Origin: Chthoniobacteraceae bacterium
Lineage (GTDB): Bacteria; Verrucomicrobiota; Verrucomicrobiia; Chthoniobacterales; Chthoniobacteraceae
Direction of reading: 5' to 3'
Length of the DNA: 13,971 bases
Assembly (NCBI GenBank): GCA_031409335.1
Contig: JANNWY010000320.1
Location: 1 to 13,971 of the forward strand
Part shown: in pieces, positions 1-7,424 of the stretch
Position numbering within the stretch: position 1 is the stretch's first letter
How the letters are laid out: each line of letters opens with the position of its first letter
The notes under the pieces: model-generated
What the model saw: only the letters and a program-made list of their open reading frames with translations
The model's database searches: none
Told to the model about the DNA's origin: nothing
Made by a program: the position numbers and the translations under genes

Positions 1-201
1 AAGCGGAGCCCCCTCGGCAGAACCACCCACAAAGCAGCTCCCGTATTGACCTCAATCCCCGAATCATCCACCACTCTCACACGCCACCCCGCCATAGCTT
101 AATTGCTAGCCACTCTGGCCGGATTCCGGGGTCCACCTCAACCCTCGATTGATCTCGATAGCCTCTTTGCTTTCTATTCAGAAGTTCATCCACTTGGACA
201 A

Positions 202-1317
202 ATGACGCTGCATCATTACGTCACTCGCAGATTCTTGGCCTGCATCGCTGCAGCACTCGTTTCCATTTGTACGTCAACAGCTCAACTTACCTGGGTTCAG
301 CGGTTATCCGGTACATCGACTTCAATAAATGCAGTTGGCTACAACGGGGCTCATTTTCTCGCCTCAACTCCAAATCTCACGCTGACTTCGCCGGACGGCG
401 TCAGTTGGACCACTCACTCTTGGGGCGGCGCGAGCGTCGCGCTGACATACGCGAACGCGAATTGGATCGGTGTCGGCTCGTCGGGTGGGATATACACGTC
501 GCCAGGCAATAGCACTTGGACATCTCGGCGAAACATTGATTTCCAAGGATTCACAGACGTTGCGTATGGCGATGGCACTTTGGTGGCAGTAGGCTGGTCG
601 GGGAAGATCGAACGGTCCATCGACAATGGCGCGACGTGGCAATTGGCGGCATCGCCGACTAGTCAGCCAATATACGGGATCGCTTTTGGTGGGGGAATTT
701 TCCTGGCAATCACGCAAAACCAAGAAGTTTTGCGTTCATCCGATGGGCTGATTTGGGCGTTGTCCAACATAAATGATGGGAGCGGTGTAGGGCGGGTGGA
801 GTATGGCGGAGGTCGTTTTGTCTCAGTCGGGAACTACACGGTTACGCGGTCGATCGACGGTGGAAATTCATGGAGTTCATCTGATTTCTTTCCAAACTTT
901 TCTGGACCGAAGCGGATCCGCTTTGGAAACGGAATTTTTGTGGTCGTAGGGCGTGGTGGAGAGATTAAACTTTCTCACGATGGAGGTGTCTCGTGGGAGA
1001 ATAGCTCTTCAGGTGTAACGGTGGATTTGAATGATGTTACGTACGGAGAAGGGAAGTGGGTCGCTGTCGGCGAAAACGGCGTCGTTCTGACAGCCTCGGA
1101 TAGTGCTGCAATTCAACTCGTTCCAACGGTGGCCGTATCCGCAGCGGTGTGCCTTGAGTGGCAGACACAGGCTGGCGCGATTTACCAAGTCCAGTTCTCG
1201 GATGATTTTCAAAGCTGGCAAAATGTTGGCCCTTCATTAACTGGCGACGGAAACACGAAGCGGTATTGCGAATCGCAGAACGGACAGAAGCGTTTCTATC
1301 GGGTTCAAATCAAATGA
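202..1317 (+). CDS. Secreted Asp-box/BNR-repeat beta-propeller protein with a C-terminal beta-domain ending in an RFYRV motif
   Basis: The ORF track starts at TTG 103, but the in-frame ATG at 202 gives a signal-peptide-like N-terminus (RRFLACIAAALVSICTSTAQ). Six Asp-box-like motifs: SPDGVSW, SPGNSTW, SIDNGATW, SSDGLIW, SIDGGNSW, SHDGGVSW. Repeated 'vaYG.G.fVaVG..G' blades. Ends LEWQTQAGAIYQVQFSDDFQSW...KRFYRVQIK. Visibly AT-richer than downstream genes. Confidence 0.8.
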   Translation: MTLHHYVTRRFLACIAAALVSICTSTAQLTWVQRLSGTSTSINAVGYNGAHFLASTPNLTLTSPDGVSWTTHSWGGASVALTYANANWIGVGSSGGIYTSPGNSTWTSRRNIDFQGFTDVAYGDGTLVAVGWSGKIERSIDNGATWQLAASPTSQPIYGIAFGGGIFLAITQNQEVLRSSDGLIWALSNINDGSGVGRVEYGGGRFVSVGNYTVTRSIDGGNSWSSSDFFPNFSGPKRIRFGNGIFVVVGRGGEIKLSHDGGVSWENSSSGVTVDLNDVTYGEGKWVAVGENGVVLTASDSAAIQLVPTVAVSAAVCLEWQTQAGAIYQVQFSDDFQSWQNVGPSLTGDGNTKRYCESQNGQKRFYRVQIK

Positions 1318-1426
1318 AGAGGGATAAGATTGTCGGTTGTCTGCCAATCCTTCCATTCGACAGAACCGAGTCGGTCGGCGACCCCCATTGAGAGCGTTTC
1401 TTCATTTGGCATCATTGATTCCAACC

Positions 1427-2746
1427 ATGCACCAATACATCGAACAACTCGTCGATCTCACCGACCCCGCCGCGAACCGCATCGACAATCTGAGCATCGA
1501 AGCCGCGCGCGAACGAATCCTGAATGGCTCGCCGGAGGACGTGCGGGAAATCGACGGTTCGTTCGCGCTGGTGGCGCGCGAGGGAAAGCGCGTGCGGCTC
1601 GCGCGGTCGCTGGATCGGCCACTGCGCTACTTTCTCGCAAAGCGGCATGAAGGCCCGGCGCTGATCGTCGCGGATCGCATCGACGCGATCCGCGCGTGGC
1701 TCGATGCGAGCGGGTTTGGCGGGCAGTTTCATCCGAGCTACACGCGCATGGTGCCGGCGCACTACGTCGTGGAAATTCATCTGCTCGGCTGTCCCGATCC
1801 CGATCCGACTTACACGCGATTTTTCACACCGGAGCGAAATTCGCTGCCGCCCGACTTGGATGAAATCGGACGCCGCTACATCGGCGCGCTGGCGGATGAA
1901 ATCGCGAAGTGGCTGCGCGCCATCCCGGCGCGCGATCCTGTGGGCGTCTGCTTCTCCGGCGGGATCGACAGCGGCGCGGTGTTTCTCACGACCTATCACG
2001 TCATGCAAAAGCTCGGCATGAATCTCGGGCGGCTGAAGGCGTTCACGCTCGATTTCGGCGACGGGCCGGATGTGCGGCAGGCGCGCGAATTTCTCGACGG
2101 ACTCGGGCTCGGCCTTTTCCACGAGCCGATCTCCGCGTCGCTTGCGGACATCGACGTGGCGGAGACGATCCGCATTTTGGAAGACTACAAACCGCTCGAC
2201 GTGGAATGCGCGTCGATGGGGCTGACGCTCTGCCGTGGTATCCGCCAGCTCTATCCCGAATGGCGCTGGCTCATCGACGGCGACGGTGGCGACGAAAATT
2301 TGAAGGACTATCCGATCGAGGAAAATCCCGAGCTGACGATCCGCAGCGTGGTGAACAATCTGATGCTCTACCACGAAGGCTGGGGCGTCGGGCGCATCAA
2401 ACATTCGCTCACTTACAGTGGCGGATTGAGCCGCAGTTACGCGCGCACTTACGCGCCCGCGCGGCATTTTGGCTTCGAGGGTTTCAGCCCATTCACGCGG
2501 CCAGGCGTGGTCGCGGTCGCGGAGGGGATTCCGTTCGATGCGCTCACGGAGTCGTCGGTGGAAAAACTCTACGCGCTCAAAGGCGCGGTGGTGTCGCGCG
2601 GCGTCAAAGCGATCACTGGAATCGACATGCCCGTGTTTGAAAAACGGCGCTTCCAGCACGGCGCGATGACGGTCGAAAAACTGCGCGAGCGGATGCCCGA
2701 CGAGGAGTTGGCGTATCGGCGAAAGTTCCTCGCGATCTACGCGTGA
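1427..2746 (+). CDS. Asparagine synthetase-like ATP-dependent amide ligase (PP-loop) with a degenerate Ntn domain and no N-terminal catalytic Cys
   Basis: In-frame ATG at 1427 (MHQYIEQL), where GC-rich codon usage begins. Ntn-fold remnants IDGSFALV and LARSLDRPLRY, PP-loop CFSGGIDSG, DGDGGDE (compare AsnB GEGADE), and a late SPF motif. Confidence 0.85.
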   Translation: MHQYIEQLVDLTDPAANRIDNLSIEAARERILNGSPEDVREIDGSFALVAREGKRVRLARSLDRPLRYFLAKRHEGPALIVADRIDAIRAWLDASGFGGQFHPSYTRMVPAHYVVEIHLLGCPDPDPTYTRFFTPERNSLPPDLDEIGRRYIGALADEIAKWLRAIPARDPVGVCFSGGIDSGAVFLTTYHVMQKLGMNLGRLKAFTLDFGDGPDVRQAREFLDGLGLGLFHEPISASLADIDVAETIRILEDYKPLDVECASMGLTLCRGIRQLYPEWRWLIDGDGGDENLKDYPIEENPELTIRSVVNNLMLYHEGWGVGRIKHSLTYSGGLSRSYARTYAPARHFGFEGFSPFTRPGVVAVAEGIPFDALTESSVEKLYALKGAVVSRGVKAITGIDMPVFEKRRFQHGAMTVEKLRERMPDEELAYRRKFLAIYA

Positions 2747-3822
2747 GCGATTATCCCGATTCGTCCCGCGAGCGCGACGAATGGATCCTCGCGCGCCGGC
2801 CAGCGCGCAACGTCGTCGATCCGCAAAAACCGTCCGCGTTTCTCGTGGAAGACGAGCGCGCGGAGTCGGGCGAGATCGTCCGCGTCGCGACGATCTTTCT
2901 GACGAATCGCGAATGTCCTTGGCGCTGTCTGATGTGCGATCTCTGGCGAAACACGCTGACGGAATCCGTGCCGCCGGGCGCGATCCCGGCGCAGATTGAC
3001 TACGCGCTCGGGCGGCTTCGTGGCTTGCCGCTCCCGCGGCGAGTCGACCAGCGGGGCGTTGAGACCCGCCACCTTACCCACGCGCCGCAGGTGCGGCAAG
3101 CCACCATCAAACTCTACAACGCGGGCAGCTTCTTCGATCCGCGCGCGATTCCGCCGGAAGATTTTCCCGCCATCGCGGAACGCTTGCGCGGCTTTGAGCG
3201 GGTGATTGTGGAATGTCATCCGTCGCTGGTCGGCGAGAGCGCGCTGCGCTTTCGCGATCTGCTTTCGGGAAAACTCGAAGTCGCGATGGGGCTGGAAACC
3301 GCGGAGACGACCGTGCTGGAAAAGCTCAACAAAAAGATGACGCTAGCGACCTTCGCCAAAGCCGCGGCATTCCTCCGCGCCCATGCCATCGCGCTCCGCG
3401 TATTCGTTCTCGTGAAGCCACCGTTCCTCGATGAATCCAACGCCCTCCACTGGGCGCGGCGTTCGATTGATTTTGCGTTCACATGCGGCGCGAGTGTCGT
3501 GTCGCTGATCCCGACGCGCGCGGGAAATGGCGCGATAGAGGCGCTGGGTTTTGTGCCGCCAAAACTCGCATTGCTCGAAGCCGCGCACGATTATGGCGTC
3601 GGTTTGCAGAGGGGCCGCGTCTTCGCGGACGATTGGGATTTGGAGAAGTTTTCGGAATGCGCCAAATGCTTTCCAGCGCGCCGCGAACGGCTCCAGCAAA
3701 TGAATGCGGGGCAGACGCTCCGCGAGCGCATCGCATGTGGCTGCGACGCCCCCGTCGCAGAAAGTCCCCGCGGCACCCTGACAACCTGCGACGGGGGCGT
3801 CGCAGCCACGGATGCGCGCTGA
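2743..3822 (+). CDS. Radical SAM protein resembling the archaeosine enzyme RaSEA (TIGR01210-like)
   Basis: CxxxCxxC = CPWRCLMC. Motifs IKLYNAGSFFD, VIVECHP, LEVAMGLETA..LEKLNK, VFVLVKPPFL and C-terminal CAKC...CGC parallel RaSEA-family motifs as I recall them. The GTG start overlaps the upstream TGA (GTGA, 2743-2746). Radical SAM call is firm; subfamily call is less certain. Confidence 0.85.
   Translation: MSDYPDSSRERDEWILARRPARNVVDPQKPSAFLVEDERAESGEIVRVATIFLTNRECPWRCLMCDLWRNTLTESVPPGAIPAQIDYALGRLRGLPLPRRVDQRGVETRHLTHAPQVRQATIKLYNAGSFFDPRAIPPEDFPAIAERLRGFERVIVECHPSLVGESALRFRDLLSGKLEVAMGLETAETTVLEKLNKKMTLATFAKAAAFLRAHAIALRVFVLVKPPFLDESNALHWARRSIDFAFTCGASVVSLIPTRAGNGAIEALGFVPPKLALLEAAHDYGVGLQRGRVFADDWDLEKFSECAKCFPARRERLQQMNAGQTLRERIACGCDAPVAESPRGTLTTCDGGVAATDAR
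3020..3104. repeat. REP-doublet-like (REPIN-like) inverted repeat inside the radical SAM CDS
   Basis: Left arm GTGGCTTGCCGCTCCCGCGGCG (3020-3041) and right arm CGCCGCAGGTGCGGCAAGCCAC (3083-3104) are reverse complements at 20/22 positions. Each arm has a GTGG foot and an internal hairpin GCCGC-N4-GCGGC. Confidence 0.8.
3737..3809. repeat. REP-doublet-like (REPIN-like) perfect 24-bp inverted repeat in the 3' end of the radical SAM CDS
   Basis: GTGGCTGCGACGCCCCCGTCGCAG (3737-3760) and CTGCGACGGGGGCGTCGCAGCCAC (3786-3809) are exact reverse complements with a 25-nt spacer. Each arm is itself a hairpin CTGCGACG-N4-CGTCGCAG after a GTGG foot. Confidence 0.9.
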
Positions 3823-5287
3823 GTTCGACATCGCCGTCGTCGGCTCCGGTTTTGCGGGCTCGCTGATCGCGATGATCGCGCGGCAGCTCGGCAAGTCGGT
3901 GATCCTGATCGAGCGCGGTGCGCATCCGCGTTTCGCCATTGGCGAATCCTCCACGCCGCTCGCGAATCTACTGCTCGAAGAACTCGCGCAACGCTACGAC
4001 CTGCCGGGCGTGCGCCCGCTTTGCAAATGGGGCGCTTGGCAGGAGTCGCTGCCGGATGTTGCGTGCGGTTTGAAGCGCGGATTCACGTTTTTTCAGCACA
4101 CGTTTGGACGCGCGTTTTCCGGCGAATTGCTCGTCGCCGCGAGTCCGCGCGATGCCATCGCGGACACCCATTGGTATCGCCCGGATTTTGACCAGCATCT
4201 CCTCGCGCAAGCGCGGGAAACAGGCGTCGAGTATTTGGATCGGACCGCACTTTCCATCGAAGCGCTCGGTGAAAACGGCGCCGTCCTGGCGACGCAAAGC
4301 GGCACGAAAATTCGCGCGCAATTTGTGATCGACGCGAGCGGACCACGCGGATTTTTGCACCGCGCGCTACCGCTGTCCGAAAGCGCTTTCGAGAATTTTC
4401 CGAAGACGCAGGCGCTCTTCACGCACTTCCGCGGCGTGGAGAAATGGGAGACGCTCCACGGAGCACCGCCGCGCGCGCCGTATCCGCCGGATGATGCGGC
4501 GGTGCATCACGTGTTCGCTGGCGGCTGGATTTGGCTGCTGCGTTTCAACAACGGGCTGACCAGCGCAGGCGTGGCAGTGACGGATGAACTCGCGGCGGAA
4601 CTGGCACTCCACGAAGGCGCGTCAGCCTGGAATCGTTTGCTGGAGCGGCTTCCGTCGGTGCGCGCGCAATTCGCGGCTGCGATCCCAGCGACACCATTCA
4701 TCCATCAGCCGCGCGTCGCGTTTCGCGCCAGCGCGGCGGTCGGGGAAAATTGGGCGATGCTGCCAGCGGCAGCGGGCGTGGTCGATCCGCTGCTCTCGAC
4801 CGGCTTTCCCCTCACGCTGCTCGGCATCGAAAGACTCGCGCGGATCATCGCCAAAGATTTCCCGACAAACGCTCTCGCCGAATATGAGCGCCAGACTTTC
4901 GCCGAACTCGACGCCACCGCCGCCCTGATTGCCACGCTCTACGCAAACATGCACGACTTCGAGACCTTCTCCGCGCTGACGCTGCTCTACTTCGCCGCCG
5001 CGAGTTTTTCCGAATCCGCCCGCCGCCTAAACCATCCGGAACTCGCGCGCAGTTTCCTGCTACACGACGACCCGCGTTTCGGCCCCGCGCTGCGCGAATG
5101 CTGCCGCGCACCGTCCGCCACGCGCATCCGAGAAGCGATCGAGCCCTTCGACGTCGCGGGCCTCGGAAAGCGCGAGCGCCATCCATACTATCCCGCGCTG
5201 GCGGAGGACTTCCTCGAAGCCGCCCACAAACTAAGTGCGACGCGCGATCAGGCGGCGCGGTGCTTGACGCACGCGGGCTTTCATTAG
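3812..5287 (+). CDS. FAD-dependent oxidoreductase of the flavin-dependent halogenase family (PrnC-like)
   Basis: Rossmann motif DIAVVGSGFAG; HPRFAIGESSTP; GLKRGF (position of the halogenase catalytic Lys); HWYRPDFD; HHVFAGGWIWLLRFNN (variant of WxWxIP); GVVDPLLSTG. The start overlaps the radical SAM 3' end by 11 nt. Confidence 0.85.
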   Translation: MRAEFDIAVVGSGFAGSLIAMIARQLGKSVILIERGAHPRFAIGESSTPLANLLLEELAQRYDLPGVRPLCKWGAWQESLPDVACGLKRGFTFFQHTFGRAFSGELLVAASPRDAIADTHWYRPDFDQHLLAQARETGVEYLDRTALSIEALGENGAVLATQSGTKIRAQFVIDASGPRGFLHRALPLSESAFENFPKTQALFTHFRGVEKWETLHGAPPRAPYPPDDAAVHHVFAGGWIWLLRFNNGLTSAGVAVTDELAAELALHEGASAWNRLLERLPSVRAQFAAAIPATPFIHQPRVAFRASAAVGENWAMLPAAAGVVDPLLSTGFPLTLLGIERLARIIAKDFPTNALAEYERQTFAELDATAALIATLYANMHDFETFSALTLLYFAAASFSESARRLNHPELARSFLLHDDPRFGPALRECCRAPSATRIREAIEPFDVAGLGKRERHPYYPALAEDFLEAAHKLSATRDQAARCLTHAGFH

Positions 5288-6153
5288 CGCACGCGGTAAC
5301 TGCCGTCGTTCCCGACGATGACCTGCGGCACCAGCCGCGTCTTTTCAAACGCATCGTACACCGGCTGCAAGTTTTCCCAAAATGCGCGCAGCTCCGGCTT
5401 CGTCGCGGCGAAAGTCTGCCACCCAGCGCCATTCATCCGAGCCGGAAAAATGTGGACTGGGAACGCGCTCTGGCCGCGCGTCCGGGTGTCGAGTGCGGCG
5501 AGATATATTTCTTCGATCGCGGGATCGCCGAGCGGCAGACAGCCAATCGAGGCCGCGCCGCCGTGAATGTAAATCTCGCCGCCTGGACGCTCGCGATCGG
5601 AAAGGATGCGGTCGGATTCGTTTGGGTAATCCAGCCCGAGTGAAAGGTGAAAGCGGCTCTTCGGATTGAAGACATTGATCGTGTAACAACCTTCCGGCAC
5701 TTGCCGGTCGCCCTCGCGGCGCTTCGGCCCGGGACCGCCGGATGGCGCGGTGACGGTGAACGTGGCGACTTTGCGAAACGGCTCGTCCTTTTCCCGCGCC
5801 CACAGCTCGAGCTCCATCTCGTGCTTGAACGCGCGCAGGAAAATCTCGCGCGGCGGATACGCGAGCCCGGCTTCCGCGAAACGCCGCCGGATCGCGGCAC
5901 CGCCAGTGGTCTGCGCCGCGGCCACGCGATCCTGTTTCAGCTCCCGAAAATAGTCCGCAATCGCCCGCGCTTGCGCCTCATCCCGCTCGCTCGGTTCGAG
6001 CGCGAGGATGGTGCGGATTTTCTCCGGCAGCTCGCGCGCCGCCTGCGCGGCCGGACGCGCCATCTCGGCCTCCCACGCGTGCATCTCCGCCATGAAATCC
6101 GGCGACTCCGCGGCGCACAGCAAGCAGGGCAGCAGGAGCAGGGTGCGCGTCAT
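5284..6153 (-). CDS. L,D-transpeptidase (YkuD) family protein, YafK/DpaA-like
   Basis: GPKRREGDRQVPEGCY, NPKSRFHLSLGLDYPN and catalytic IYIHGGAASIGC (HxxxxSxGC). ATG at 6153 gives the signal-like MTRTLLLLPCLLCAA. Its stop overlaps the convergent halogenase stop (5284-5287). Confidence 0.88.
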   Translation of the reverse strand: MTRTLLLLPCLLCAAESPDFMAEMHAWEAEMARPAAQAARELPEKIRTILALEPSERDEAQARAIADYFRELKQDRVAAAQTTGGAAIRRRFAEAGLAYPPREIFLRAFKHEMELELWAREKDEPFRKVATFTVTAPSGGPGPKRREGDRQVPEGCYTINVFNPKSRFHLSLGLDYPNESDRILSDRERPGGEIYIHGGAASIGCLPLGDPAIEEIYLAALDTRTRGQSAFPVHIFPARMNGAGWQTFAATKPELRAFWENLQPVYDAFEKTRLVPQVIVGNDGSYRVR

Positions 6154-6169
6154 CGGCAAAGCCACGGCG

Positions 6170-7405
6170 CTATTTCCCAACGCTGATGAGATGCGTGAAG
6201 GTCCGCAGATACATCCGCCCGCCGCTCACCGCGGGCGTCGCGAATGAACCTTCGCCGAGCGGGATGCGCGCGATCGTTTCAAACTTGTCGCCGGCCCCAA
6301 TCACCACGAGTTCGCCGCGGCGGGTGATGTTGTAGAGCCGTCCATTCAGCGCGATCGGCGAACCGTAAAACGGCCCCTCGACGCGCTCGCTCCAGAGCTG
6401 CTCGTTGGTCGCGGCCCTCACGCACGTCACCAGACCGTTTTCTTTCCAGAGGAAAAGACGATCCCCGAGCGCGAGCGGGCACGGTACGTAGCCGCCGGAG
6501 CGGATCACCTCGTAGATTTTCTCCGCGGGTTTTCCGCCGCCGCCGGGCTTCACCGCGTACACAAAACTTTCCGCCTGCCCCTCGCCGCATTGTCCGATCA
6601 CGAGCCCGCCATCCGTCACCACCGGCGATGCGATGCAGCGTCTCGGCAGCAGGCCGGGGAGTTCCCACGTCACCTTCCCCGTCGCCACATCCACCGCCGT
6701 CATCCCGACCGTGCGGCTGATCAGGATCGCCTCGCGCTTGCCGTCCGGGTTTTTGAAAATGCACGGCGTCGAAGCGGACGAACTGGTCCCGGGATGCTCA
6801 TGCTTCCACAGCTCCTTTCCGGTCTTCGCATTGAGCGCGACCAGGAAGCTGGTCGGCTGATCGTGATCGAAATTCAAAAGCACCGCGCCCTCTTCGACGA
6901 CGGGCGAAGTGCCCGGCCCGTGCTGCGAGACGAATGGGCCGAGATCGCGCTTCCACACTTCCTTTCCATCGGCCTGATCGAGCGCGACGATCGCCGATCC
7001 CTCCGGCGAACCCCACCACACATACACGCGCTCCGCATCCACCGCGGGCGACATGCTGGTGTAGCTGTTGTCCGCGTGCGCGCGAAACTTCGCGGTCTCG
7101 TATTCGCGCGTCCACAGCGTCTTCCCGCTTTTCGCGTCGATGCAAACGATCGCGCGTTTCGCCGTGCCCGCGGGGGTTCCCGATACGAACACGCGCTCGC
7201 CCCAAATCACCGGCGAGGAATGGCCCGAGCCGGGCAGCTCCACTTTCCAGTTGAAATCAGCCTCGGAAAAATTCGCCGGGATGTTTGCGCCTTTCGCGAT
7301 CCCCGAGCCATTCGGTCCGCGAAACCGCGTCCATTCCTGCGCCTGCGCGGAAAGTGAAAACGCCGCGGCGGCGGCGAGGAGTTGGAAAAAAGTGGGTGTG
7401 TTCAT
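6170..7405 (-). CDS. Exported PQQ-like (BamB-like) beta-propeller repeat protein
   Basis: ATG at 7405 gives a signal peptide MNTPTFFQLLAAAAAFSLSAQA followed by EWTRFRGPNGSG, typical of PVC PQQ-repeat proteins. Repeats of SSPV and 'A.TGK.LW'. The longer ORF-track start (7546) runs through a hexamer repeat. Confidence 0.88.
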   Translation of the reverse strand: MNTPTFFQLLAAAAAFSLSAQAQEWTRFRGPNGSGIAKGANIPANFSEADFNWKVELPGSGHSSPVIWGERVFVSGTPAGTAKRAIVCIDAKSGKTLWTREYETAKFRAHADNSYTSMSPAVDAERVYVWWGSPEGSAIVALDQADGKEVWKRDLGPFVSQHGPGTSPVVEEGAVLLNFDHDQPTSFLVALNAKTGKELWKHEHPGTSSSASTPCIFKNPDGKREAILISRTVGMTAVDVATGKVTWELPGLLPRRCIASPVVTDGGLVIGQCGEGQAESFVYAVKPGGGGKPAEKIYEVIRSGGYVPCPLALGDRLFLWKENGLVTCVRAATNEQLWSERVEGPFYGSPIALNGRLYNITRRGELVVIGAGDKFETIARIPLGEGSFATPAVSGGRMYLRTFTHLISVGK

Positions 7406-7424
7406 GGGCAGAGGAAGTGCGGCG

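Noticed and set aside
1318..2746. Lasso peptide/RiPP cluster, with the AsnB-like protein as lasso cyclase
   Set aside because: No B1/RRE or B2 transglutaminase-like peptidase gene and no credible precursor ORF in the window; the radical SAM enzyme shows no RRE or SPASM signature. A precursor outside the window cannot be excluded.
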